IMG/VR virus record: IMGVR_UViG_3300037067_005176
Span: 61,081-125,080 of that record
Source of the DNA: a virus
Taxonomy: Duplodnaviria; Heunggongvirae; Uroviricota; Caudoviricetes
Direction: 5' to 3' (one strand)
DNA length: 64,000 nucleotides
A program made the translations under genes and the position numbers. How positions within the stretch are numbered: position 1 is the stretch's first letter; each line of letters opens with the position of its first letter. This document shows positions 48,370 to 58,468 of this stretch, one piece after another. A model generated the notes under the pieces. That model made no database searches, was not told the DNA's origin, and saw only the letters and a program-made list of their open reading frames with translations.

Positions 48370-48759
48370 ATGTCTGAATTTGGAACGCAATATACGCAAA
48401 GTTATGCATATGATTTAGCAAAGGATGTTGTATCAACTGGCGAAGTCTATGATGTTGATGCAATTGATCAGTGCGTAGAAAATATCATTGCAACAATGTT
48501 TGGCGAACGTTTGTTTTTTCCTGAATTCGGAAGCGGATTATCTTTTGCGTTGTTTGAAAATGTTGATGAAAGAACCGGTGAATTACTTCTTGATAACATT
48601 ATAGAAAATATTACAACTTGGGAAAAACGAATTACTATTGATACACAAAATTGTAAGCTTAAGATTGATGGAAATAATAATGCTTTAACTTTGATAGTTC
48701 CATATTACATCAACAAAAATAAAATCAAGAATACATTTGAGAGACGAATCAGATTCTAA
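48370..48759 (+). CDS. gp25: Baseplate wedge protein
   Basis: AIDQCVENII.T..GER.F.PEFGS.L...LFE, I..WEKR. Confidence 0.92.
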   Translation: MSEFGTQYTQSYAYDLAKDVVSTGEVYDVDAIDQCVENIIATMFGERLFFPEFGSGLSFALFENVDERTGELLLDNIIENITTWEKRITIDTQNCKLKIDGNNNALTLIVPYYINKNKIKNTFERRIRF

Positions 48760-49104
48760 GGAGTACACCTTCGATGAAGGTTTGGTTCAGGTAAACATAT
48801 TTCACAAGCCGTAAAAAAGTACAGCAAAGAAAATTTCAAGAAAGCAATTTTAAAATGGTTCGATTGGTGTTGTGAAGCTTTACAAAGAGAATCGCAAATA
48901 GCTAAATCAAACATAAAAGCTAGAAATTGGATTAGAAACTTGGACTCGAAGTTAACACCGAGTGCAAAACCATGTATTATAAATAATAAAAAGTTTGAAT
49001 GTGTTAAGGATGTATACAAGGAATTGAATATGAATATTAGTCTTTGTGTGTTTAGGGTAAAGGTATGAAATGGTTATAACGGTTGGTATTATTTAGAGGT
49101 ATAA
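48760..49104 (+). pseudogene. Degraded GIY-YIG (Seg-like) endonuclease, paralog of 9298..9945
   Basis: GVH..*RFGSGKHISQAVKKYSKENF..ILKWFDWCCEALQRESQI versus GIH..YFGSGHVLKRAVIKNGELNF..ILEWFDWRCEALSREAEI; two in-frame TGA stops and internal deletions. Confidence 0.8.
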
Positions 49105-51405
49105 ATGACACAGTTTTCATATTCTAACATGACGTTTAGTGAGATTGTTTCTCAAGTACGAGACCGTCTTAAAAATGATCCAAGATTCGTTAACTTCAGT
49201 GAAGCTGCAATCGCTCAAACGCTTGTTGAAATTTTCGCTGGTGTTGGTGACATGGCGAATTATTACATTGAACGACGTGCGGAAGAAAACTTTTTAGAAA
49301 CCGCAAGATTAAAGAGTTCAGTTATCTCATTAACAAAAGGAATAGGTTATGTGCCTATTAGACCAATTCCTTCCATAGCAAATTTGAAAATTATTTTAAA
49401 AGGACCTCTTCCTTCAGGATTGGTCGCAGGAATGAAGATTGCATTTGGAAGAAAAGAAGTTAATCTTCGTTTTAATGGTTATAATTTCCTTTTAGCAAAA
49501 ACATATGAGTACACAATAACACAAGACGATATCAACACTGGTGTTGGTAATAAAGATTTTAGAAAAGTTATTGAATATAGTGTTAATGATATTAATTCCG
49601 TTGAGATTAATGCATCAGGAAACATCCCAATTGAAGATGCAACACCTATAAGTGTTATTCAGGCGGAATATAAAATATTTGAATTAAAAGGCGATGCAGT
49701 TGAAGCAAAGCCAGGACAGAAGTTTCAGAAATACACAATTGATGATAAAGAGTTCAGTAACTATTATGGTTCTGAAGATATTAGTTATGATTTTGACACT
49801 GATTCTTATCAACTTGAAGTTGGTTATACACAAGTTGGTTTAGGCGCGAATCAAAATGAAGCATTTCAGACTGAAAACTTGTATGAAATTTCAAGACGCT
49901 CAATTCTTACACAAACAACGACTCTTAATGAAGCAAAAACTTCAGGAGTACCAAATGTATGTTTGATTGAAAGCAATCCTAATCAAACTGAAATGATTAG
50001 TTTCAGTGATGGAAATATTGCGACTATCGGTTTAAAAGACTCAAGTCAAAATTTATATGTTCAATATGTTGCAACAAAAGGTGCAGAAGCAAATAAGATC
50101 GGCGTTTTGGATCAAAAGCTTTCAACCAATAATGTTTTTATGGCAGGTGGATCAATTGATGTTACTGCCAATATTGAGTTTAAACTTAATAGCAACATCA
50201 CAGGCGGCTCAGATTTTGAAAGTATTGAATCAATGAAACAAAATGCTCCAGGTATTTTTGCTGCGTTGGATCGTCTTACAACAACACAAGATTATATTTC
50301 ATTCTTAAGAAGTCTTACATCTCCTATTGATGTAAGAAATGCTTTGGCATGGGGTGAACAAGAAGAATGCGAAATTAGTGGTCGTTCAGCAATTAAGGAG
50401 CTTTTCAATATCGTTCTTTATACTGCTATTGGAACCTTATATAACATTTCAGATACGGCCGCAGTTGAATCATCTGTTAGAAAAATTGATGATATTGTAA
50501 AACCTGAATCATTACATACTAGTGGTGTTCTTTGGGCGGGCGGTTCACAATATTTTAAATTGAATAATGATCCTCTTCAAGCAGTTGGCGATCAAGACGA
50601 TTTAGCATCGTATGATCCTATAACTATTGTAAATACAAAGCTTAACAGAAAAGGACAAATCACAACTCGTTCATATAGCCTTCCACCTGTAATTCAGTAC
50701 TTCAATCTTGGAGGAAAAGTTTATGTAAACAAGTTACAGTCAATTGAATCTGTAAAGAGAAAGGTGAATAACGCTTTATATAAGTATTTTGATGAAAATG
50801 CTGACTTAAATGTACCAATTTATAAGTCTAATATAGTTGATGTTATTGAAGGATTCTCTGAAGTTGTTTACGCTGACGTTGGATTCTCAGCAATGGATCT
50901 TGGAAATAATGCACCATATATTGAAAATGGTAATAGCGAAACAGGTGGTTACAGATATACTTCAGGAATTAGTGATGAATCAACACGAGTTGCTGTATGC
51001 AATGCAATGGATGAGCAAACTCGTAATTGGCTTATGTCATTTGAAATTGTTGAAACAACGGAAACAATAAACATAAGCGGTTTTTATCCAACAACTAATT
51101 ATACCAATATTCTTCAACGCCGCCCTGGAGGAATGGGTACTTCTGCATTATCTGAAGCTAACTTCTGGAATCAATTGGCCCCTGAGATTTACGACACAGC
51201 ATATATTTATCCAAATGCAAGATCGTGGGTTGAATCAGAATATTTTATAGATTACTTGATTGCTCTTAACTGTACTATAAAACCATTCCTTGTGATAAAC
51301 CTTATAGATAACAACGGAAATATAGTCAACTATTCGTTGAAGCAAGAAATTGCAGCAATAAATATATCTGATCCAACATACGGTTTAATTTATACCTATA
51401 GGTAA
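49105..51405 (+). CDS. gp6: Baseplate wedge protein
   Basis: F.EIV, L.EIFA, ENFLETARL.SSV......GY.P, GG.D.ESIES.K.NAP..FA..DR..T..DY. Confidence 0.9.
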   Translation: MTQFSYSNMTFSEIVSQVRDRLKNDPRFVNFSEAAIAQTLVEIFAGVGDMANYYIERRAEENFLETARLKSSVISLTKGIGYVPIRPIPSIANLKIILKGPLPSGLVAGMKIAFGRKEVNLRFNGYNFLLAKTYEYTITQDDINTGVGNKDFRKVIEYSVNDINSVEINASGNIPIEDATPISVIQAEYKIFELKGDAVEAKPGQKFQKYTIDDKEFSNYYGSEDISYDFDTDSYQLEVGYTQVGLGANQNEAFQTENLYEISRRSILTQTTTLNEAKTSGVPNVCLIESNPNQTEMISFSDGNIATIGLKDSSQNLYVQYVATKGAEANKIGVLDQKLSTNNVFMAGGSIDVTANIEFKLNSNITGGSDFESIESMKQNAPGIFAALDRLTTTQDYISFLRSLTSPIDVRNALAWGEQEECEISGRSAIKELFNIVLYTAIGTLYNISDTAAVESSVRKIDDIVKPESLHTSGVLWAGGSQYFKLNNDPLQAVGDQDDLASYDPITIVNTKLNRKGQITTRSYSLPPVIQYFNLGGKVYVNKLQSIESVKRKVNNALYKYFDENADLNVPIYKSNIVDVIEGFSEVVYADVGFSAMDLGNNAPYIENGNSETGGYRYTSGISDESTRVAVCNAMDEQTRNWLMSFEIVETTETINISGFYPTTNYTNILQRRPGGMGTSALSEANFWNQLAPEIYDTAYIYPNARSWVESEYFIDYLIALNCTIKPFLVINLIDNNGNIVNYSLKQEIAAINISDPTYGLIYTYR

Positions 51406-51408
51406 AAA

Positions 51409-54400
51409 ATGGCATTAAATGATAAAGTGAATTTGCAAGTTAAAGCTGCAGCATTTGCAGGTAATTATATTCAGTATGCTTTCAAATTTGCTTCTTATGA
51501 AAATAAAGTAATCAATTTAAGTAACTATAGAATAATATGTTATTTCAATACTTTTAGGGCCGAAAGCATTTTTATTCAAGACCGTATTCTTGCGGGATAT
51601 TCAACAGGAACAACTTCAGGTTCTTTGTCAAACGCAGCAGGAACAGTAAATATGGAATTTTTTACTGAAGCTAATCCTCCAAGAATTTATCCTATTGATA
51701 AGCGTTACGATAAAGAAGTTATTTTACCACTTGCAGGAACGGCTGCGTGTTTATCTGCTGGATCATATTTTGATAATATAATGTTTCAGATTAGATTCAG
51801 CTCAGGCCAAAGTTTTATATCTGAAAACATTGGTTCGGCTGATTATGAAATTGGTATTGGTGCATTCTCAAAAAGTTATACAACTGAATCATCCACCTCC
51901 TATGTTGATAATCCTACTTTTATTTTGGAGTATAACGATCCAACTTATGGTTGGATAAAAGTCCAAGAATACGTAAGTGCTCTTTTAGCAGATGCGAATA
52001 CTGGCTTGTATCCTTATGATGCAATATTTGAACAACAAAAAGCAATCGGAAATGTAAATAGACAATTTGGTTGGGACACTAATTATGATCATGATGGAAT
52101 TCTTGCAACATATGACGGTTATGTGTTTGAACAGCAACCAAATACTTCGTATACTTCAGGAACAACTTATACATTAAATGGTTCGGCTGCAGGAAGCCCT
52201 GATACAAAAATTGCATTATTTAAATTCTCAACTACATCATTAGTTGATAAGATAGTTTCCGCTGCTGAATTTTATACATACTTTTCGGAATCTACTCAAA
52301 ACGTGTTGCTTGATTGTAGAACAAATAATGTTGATTATACTTCAGGCTCAACATGGAATTCAATTGGTGAATGGTCTGGAACATCGGGTGTTCTTCAATC
52401 TCAATTAAATATTAACGATTCATATCAGTTGAGAAATTCTTATCTCGCATTTAATTTGGATAAAAATCTTGTTCAAAATTGGCAAGCATCATCAGCAAAT
52501 AATTTAGGTATCAATTTAAGATATAATAACCCAACAAATAAAACTGGTTATAATTCTCCAACGATAGTAGCTCTTGAAAATGTAACATATGATTATCTTC
52601 CAATAATGTTTGTGTACAGTGGACCTATTTCTGCTGCAGGTTCGCGTTACATTCGTTGGGAAGGAGATGAAAGCGATCTTTGGTCAGTTCCTGGAAATTG
52701 GGAAGGCGGTATTGTTCCAACTGCTTCAGATTATGCGATCTTTGACGAAGCATTTTCAACAAGTGCTTGTATATTAGATTCCAATCATTCTGTACGAAAT
52801 ATATTAAGTACAAGCGCACAATATACTGGGTCTATTAATTTAAGTTCAAGCACACTTTCAATTTATTCATTATCAGCGATAAATCTAAGCACTTCTGAAT
52901 TTAGTAATATTCAAGCAACATCTTCAACTATTAATATTCAAGCAAACACAACATGTAATTTTGAAAATAGATCATTAGGAACTGTTGTATTTTATAATAA
53001 TGTTTTAATAAATGGATCATTTAGCGCTAATTCAATAAACTTAAATAATAACATAACGATTGATGATTTTGATAATATTCAAAGCTATATAACTATCAAT
53101 AAAAATGGCAGTCTTTATCTTGGGTCAGGATCAACTATTACGGGTAATTTAGGTTTACAATTTTATGAAAACGCAACAGTTAATAAATCAGGAACTATAA
53201 GTTGTTTAGGCGTATCATATTATGGAAGTTCACAGATACAATCAAGAATATATGATTGTCCTGTTAATCTTATTCTTATGGGTTCATTAAATGAACCCCA
53301 TGACATAAGCGCATCCGCAACATTTACATCAGGAAGCTTAATATGTAATGATGTATTTTCAATATATGATTCGGTTAGTTGCGATTCTTATATGACATTA
53401 GATATGTCAGCAAATGATCCTTCATTTCAATTTAACAATGGCATAAACTTTTATAATACTGAATACGATCGCCCAGGTATGAGCATAATATTTCCGTCTA
53501 AAGAGATTGAAATAGTTAATAATATTTCTTTAAGCCCAATATTAAGCGGAACAACGAATGCAAATAATTGCACTTTTAATATGATTAACTCAAATGTCGT
53601 AAGATTGGAAAGCGATGAAACTATTCCTTATACCGTAAGTCTTCCGAAATTGTTTAAAACTGACAATTCATTAATGCAATTTTATGCAGGAACTACAACA
53701 AGCGGATTCGCTTTTCAAGATATCGTTATAAGCGGAAATGGACAAGTTTCATTTAACGGTGATGTAATAAAAGTTATTGATTCTATTTACATTGATGGTA
53801 ATGCTTCAACTGTTTACGGTTTGGATGGCTCATTACTTTCAGCCAACAATATTAACTTTATAGGAAAGAACGCATCGTTGATAAATCTTACATCAAATAA
53901 TAGCTGGTCAGCATATGTGACTTCACAGTTGAATGCTGATTATGTACTTTTGGGAAATTCGATTGCGACATCATCAACAGGTTATGCGATAAGATCAACT
54001 GATCTTGGTGGAAACGTGAACTGGTATTTTGATACGATTCCACCTATCATAACTGAAACATCTGCAACTCCTGGTCATTTTGCCCAAAGCCAAATAACTG
54101 CATCGTTTTCTGTGTATGACGAAAGCGGATTTGATTCTTCAACAATCGCTGTGACAAACGGATTTGGTACTTTAACAAATCTTACTACAATAAGTCCAAA
54201 TTCAGCAACTTTTGATGTAGTCATCAGCGGTACTCAACGTTGTGGAACAATTGAATTATCCGCAAGAGATTTCAGTGGAAATATAACTGAATTTATTTCG
54301 TTACCATTTTCATATGATTATACAGCTCCTAACATCGCGATATTAAGTTATTCTCCACCAACAGGTGTAAGTAATTCGTTTATTAATATTGTTGTTAGCG

Positions 54401-55179
54401 CGAACGATAATTGTATATTAAGTGGTGCTCACCAAATTTTCAGCGCAACATTTAACGGTCAATCTACATTAATTCAAAATCTGAACATCATTGATGAAAG
54501 TAATGCAACTGCAACGATTAGATTATCATCCTCTTCACCAATAACTAATGGTGATTTGTATATAAGTGCAACGGACGCATCATCTAATACTAACACATTA
54601 TATTCAAGTGCATTTTCCATTGCAACAATTGCTTCACAGATTAGTTTCGTTTCAGATCCATATTTTAAAATTGGTTCAACACATATAAATGTTTCAGCAA
54701 TATTTGAAGACGCGATTGGAATGTCTCAAGTAATCCCTTATACAATGCTTTACAACGGTTCGAATTTACCTTTCGGTACAATATATGTAAATTCAAATAA
54801 AACCGTTCTAAGCGCTGTTATACCATCTAACTTGGGAGCTGGCTATATAACTGTAGCAGGTTACAACACTGCGGGTGTTTATTCATCAGCAAGTGACTTA
54901 GGATATGATTTCATTCCTGTTATCATATTTGGTGACCCAGTTCCTTCGAATATTTCAAAGACAACAATTACAGTTCCAATTTCAGCTGTTGGTACTTTTA
55001 TGAATGATGTTGATTATTACTATGTAAGAATCAATAATGTTAGAATGCCAATAACAGCACCTACATCAGGATTGTTAAACATCTTTGGTCATGATTTCGA
55101 GTACTTAAGCTTCTCCGCAACAGTTTCATCAGTTTCAGATTTGTATGGCGACTTAATATTATCAGCAGGTTACAATTAA
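51409..55179 (+). CDS. Giant virion adhesin-like protein (CBM3-like, DNRLRE-like, beta-helix and Ig-like repeats)
   Basis: Motif resemblance by eye (see findings); located directly after gp6. Confidence 0.6.
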   Translation: MALNDKVNLQVKAAAFAGNYIQYAFKFASYENKVINLSNYRIICYFNTFRAESIFIQDRILAGYSTGTTSGSLSNAAGTVNMEFFTEANPPRIYPIDKRYDKEVILPLAGTAACLSAGSYFDNIMFQIRFSSGQSFISENIGSADYEIGIGAFSKSYTTESSTSYVDNPTFILEYNDPTYGWIKVQEYVSALLADANTGLYPYDAIFEQQKAIGNVNRQFGWDTNYDHDGILATYDGYVFEQQPNTSYTSGTTYTLNGSAAGSPDTKIALFKFSTTSLVDKIVSAAEFYTYFSESTQNVLLDCRTNNVDYTSGSTWNSIGEWSGTSGVLQSQLNINDSYQLRNSYLAFNLDKNLVQNWQASSANNLGINLRYNNPTNKTGYNSPTIVALENVTYDYLPIMFVYSGPISAAGSRYIRWEGDESDLWSVPGNWEGGIVPTASDYAIFDEAFSTSACILDSNHSVRNILSTSAQYTGSINLSSSTLSIYSLSAINLSTSEFSNIQATSSTINIQANTTCNFENRSLGTVVFYNNVLINGSFSANSINLNNNITIDDFDNIQSYITINKNGSLYLGSGSTITGNLGLQFYENATVNKSGTISCLGVSYYGSSQIQSRIYDCPVNLILMGSLNEPHDISASATFTSGSLICNDVFSIYDSVSCDSYMTLDMSANDPSFQFNNGINFYNTEYDRPGMSIIFPSKEIEIVNNISLSPILSGTTNANNCTFNMINSNVVRLESDETIPYTVSLPKLFKTDNSLMQFYAGTTTSGFAFQDIVISGNGQVSFNGDVIKVIDSIYIDGNASTVYGLDGSLLSANNINFIGKNASLINLTSNNSWSAYVTSQLNADYVLLGNSIATSSTGYAIRSTDLGGNVNWYFDTIPPIITETSATPGHFAQSQITASFSVYDESGFDSSTIAVTNGFGTLTNLTTISPNSATFDVVISGTQRCGTIELSARDFSGNITEFISLPFSYDYTAPNIAILSYSPPTGVSNSFINIVVSANDNCILSGAHQIFSATFNGQSTLIQNLNIIDESNATATIRLSSSSPITNGDLYISATDASSNTNTLYSSAFSIATIASQISFVSDPYFKIGSTHINVSAIFEDAIGMSQVIPYTMLYNGSNLPFGTIYVNSNKTVLSAVIPSNLGAGYITVAGYNTAGVYSSASDLGYDFIPVIIFGDPVPSNISKTTITVPISAVGTFMNDVDYYYVRINNVRMPITAPTSGLLNIFGHDFEYLSFSATVSSVSDLYGDLILSAGYN

Positions 55180-55233
55180 GCTATATAGTATGTTACCTTA
55201 TAAATATTGAAAAGTATTTATGAGGTGATATAA

Positions 55234-58200
55234 ATGGCAAATTGGATTGGTACAATAAACGACAAATGGTCCGAACCACTTAACTGGGACACGAGTGCCG
55301 TTCCTACTTCATCAGATTATGTTTCTTTTTATAGTACGCCAAATTCCGTGGTTGATGTTGATGTCGATATACATGTATATTATTTAAACTTGGATGCAAA
55401 TTTAATATCGTTTAAGATGAACGATAAAACAATTAGATGTAATTATCTTTATAATGATACTTCAGCTGTTAATGCAATTGATTGTGGTACATCAACAGTT
55501 ATACTTGGATCTTCTGCATACGCTGCAGACACATACACATACGCAAATTTGGGAAAAGTAACACTTTATAAAATGATTACATATAATAAGTGCACGATCT
55601 TGCCGTTTTATTATAATTCATTTTTTAATACTTCAGGATGTACAAAAATACTTCATAGCTTGGTATGTCATAATATAATAACTATGGCACCAAATTGGCC
55701 AGATTTAATATCCATTTTAGATTGTCCTTTAATTGATTTAAGCGACTGTACTATAATGGAAGCAGGGCAAGATACTTATTGGAAAGTTTTTAAGTTTGGC
55801 ACTACAATAATCGGTAGAGAAGACGGTTATTTTAGAGACAAAACCGCATTTATGATAAATGCGTCTGCGGATAATCAAGTTATTCAACTTCCATCATCAA
55901 ATGGATATTATTCAAATGCTGCATTAATTCTTTCGCCAAAAGATTTTTATACTCAACAGTTATATTCCAACGTTACCTTCGTTGCCCCAGCTAGTGCAAA
56001 TTATGGTTTGTGTGGTTCAAAATACTTATATGAAGAGTATGATAGAGAAATTCTAACCGGAGGAATATATGCGTTGTCATCAACGATAGATTTTTCAGCA
56101 AATAATTCAGTTGTAAGAACTGATACATTAAACTTAACAGGATGTAATTTAAAGCTTAACGAAACTGCGGATTTATATGTTGATCGCGTGCTTAATTTTT
56201 CAGCAACAACGATTTCATATAATCCTGCGCATAAGATTGTATTTGATCCTCAATATAGAAAAGCATTTGGTTCTGAAGATAAAACATTTAGCGTTACTAT
56301 TATTGCAGATTCAAGTATTACATTACCAGATATTTATGTAAAAAGATCAAGCTTGCTAGGAAACTTTAAAGGCAGTTCATTATTTTATGAAGGAACTCCA
56401 AATAATATTTTAGGTTATAATCAAACTGAATGCGCATTGAATGGTACAATGAACCTTTCTGGAAATATGATCTTGAACGATTTCAATGGATATGTTAATG
56501 GATCGGTGTCAGCCAACACATTTATATTATCAGGTTGTGATTACTATCAATCACAAGTTTTAAGAAATTTTAATTTGAAACAAACATCCGGTTCGTTAAT
56601 CACAAATTGTTATGTAAATGACTTTACAATAAATTCAAGCGGCGCTGATGTTTCAGGAATTAATATTTATAGAGATCCTTATTATGGAAAGCCAACTAAA
56701 CTTGTACCTATTGATGAGATTGCATATGTTCATAATATTTGGACTAATTCAGGCGGCGATAATCTTTGGACTAATGCTGCAAATTGGTCATTAGGACATG
56801 TTCAAGAAAATCATATTGCTACATTTGATAAAAATGTAACATCAGCATTATGCATTGTTAATATGGATGTAGGCTCTATTTATGGAATTAGTGCTAAACC
56901 ATATTCATCGAATTATTACGGAAATTATTGGAATTACACAGGCACATTGAGATTTGCAGAAAACTCAAAAATGCGAATTTCAAGATTAGCAGATTTTTCA
57001 GGATTTCCTTATTTGGAAGTAGTTAATCAGGATGCTGCAGATTTACATTTTGTGAATAGCATGACAGATACGACAAGCAATAAAGTATTTTTTGGATTCA
57101 ACCCTTCTATATTTGCCGGAATGAAAGCTGAATTACCAAATATCAGCGTTTACAAAAAGTCTCAAGTTATTCGAAACAGCGGAAATGATGGAAGATTCTG
57201 TAAGTATTTAAACATCTATGAAAAAGTTTCGGGATATTCATCATACTTGAATTTGTTTAGTGTCGGAACAGGCTCAAACACTTCATTTGGGTCTTGTATA
57301 TTATATTCTCAAAACGCATTATTATTTGGAAACATTAACTTGTTAAATTCAACTATTCAGACTTTCGGAACTGTTGAAAAACCAATAATTGGAGAGGTTA
57401 TGTTTACCGCAAACAATATTGGCGCAGTTGAAATTCCAAATTTAAATTATCCGCTTGGCGTAGGCATTGGCATTTCCGCAACAAGTACAACTGATACAAC
57501 ATTTACATTTGCACAAGGTTTAATACCTAATGTTTCTGAAGTTAACCTTTCTTCTTCTGCCGCAGCCGCAATCATTGATTTAAGAGATCATACTAAATTT
57601 GGACGTATAAGTTTTGGTGGAACGGGAAATTCATTACCATATAATAGAGTGCTTTTACCTGATTCAGATTTTGAAGTTGCTAGCACTCCTTCATCATTGG
57701 TGAAAGTCGTTGCTGGCTCAAACTCAAGAGCTATATTGACTAACGAGCATTTACCAATTGAAAATAGAATACCAGAAGTTTATACTCCTTATTCATATGA
57801 CGGTATATTTTTTGATGTTGATATAATAGTAAGTGGCGCAGACAAAACTGTAAACATAACATCAAAAAGTTATGTAAAAGGTTTTTCAGCAATAGGATGT
57901 ATGATTGGTAATCCTTGGAATGTGTATCTTAATAATGGTTCAAGTATTTTTGATCCTGGTATAATAGCGAAAAATAATATCTTGATTAGTGGATGTAAAA
58001 CACGTGGTTCAAGACCAATTGATGGAAACTTGCATTTATCATCAGGATATTTATCATATTTTGAACCAAGTGCTTTTATTCTTTCAGCAAATAAGATTGA
58101 ACTTGTTGAAACAGATTTTATATCTCATGGTTTTAACTTCTCAGCTTATTCAAATGTAACACCTTCAGCGGTGAATATGAATATGCGTGGAGGAACTGCA

Positions 58201-58467
58201 TTAATAACAAGTGGTGACGCACGATTTGCAACAAGTTTAGGAAACAACATAAATTGGAAATTCATTGACCAAAAGCTTTATTCAGTTGAACCTCAAAAAG
58301 GAACATCTTGGTATAACGTGGTGCTTTTAAGCGGAAGTGATTTAGATTCGGCAAATATATATTTCGATGGAGAGTTGATCACAGATTTCGATTCATTAAC
58401 ACCGACTTCAGCAATATGCACTGTGCCAAGTAGATCAGCCGGAAATTACAATTTTATTTTAGGATAA
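55234..58467 (+). CDS. Large beta-helical virion protein with C-terminal IPT/TIG-like domain
   Basis: Two W...W....NW motifs; terminal SVEP..G....V.L.GS.L...I.F.G...S.T.....VP..AG. Confidence 0.55.
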   Translation: MANWIGTINDKWSEPLNWDTSAVPTSSDYVSFYSTPNSVVDVDVDIHVYYLNLDANLISFKMNDKTIRCNYLYNDTSAVNAIDCGTSTVILGSSAYAADTYTYANLGKVTLYKMITYNKCTILPFYYNSFFNTSGCTKILHSLVCHNIITMAPNWPDLISILDCPLIDLSDCTIMEAGQDTYWKVFKFGTTIIGREDGYFRDKTAFMINASADNQVIQLPSSNGYYSNAALILSPKDFYTQQLYSNVTFVAPASANYGLCGSKYLYEEYDREILTGGIYALSSTIDFSANNSVVRTDTLNLTGCNLKLNETADLYVDRVLNFSATTISYNPAHKIVFDPQYRKAFGSEDKTFSVTIIADSSITLPDIYVKRSSLLGNFKGSSLFYEGTPNNILGYNQTECALNGTMNLSGNMILNDFNGYVNGSVSANTFILSGCDYYQSQVLRNFNLKQTSGSLITNCYVNDFTINSSGADVSGINIYRDPYYGKPTKLVPIDEIAYVHNIWTNSGGDNLWTNAANWSLGHVQENHIATFDKNVTSALCIVNMDVGSIYGISAKPYSSNYYGNYWNYTGTLRFAENSKMRISRLADFSGFPYLEVVNQDAADLHFVNSMTDTTSNKVFFGFNPSIFAGMKAELPNISVYKKSQVIRNSGNDGRFCKYLNIYEKVSGYSSYLNLFSVGTGSNTSFGSCILYSQNALLFGNINLLNSTIQTFGTVEKPIIGEVMFTANNIGAVEIPNLNYPLGVGIGISATSTTDTTFTFAQGLIPNVSEVNLSSSAAAAIIDLRDHTKFGRISFGGTGNSLPYNRVLLPDSDFEVASTPSSLVKVVAGSNSRAILTNEHLPIENRIPEVYTPYSYDGIFFDVDIIVSGADKTVNITSKSYVKGFSAIGCMIGNPWNVYLNNGSSIFDPGIIAKNNILISGCKTRGSRPIDGNLHLSSGYLSYFEPSAFILSANKIELVETDFISHGFNFSAYSNVTPSAVNMNMRGGTALITSGDARFATSLGNNINWKFIDQKLYSVEPQKGTSWYNVVLLSGSDLDSANIYFDGELITDFDSLTPTSAICTVPSRSAGNYNFILG

Positions 58468-58468
58468 T

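Noticed and set aside
48760-49104. TGA recoding suggested by two in-frame TGAs
   Set aside because: TGA terminates bona fide genes here (gp47, uvsY, gp26), Trp is TGG, and the fragment also has deletions, so it is a pseudogene.
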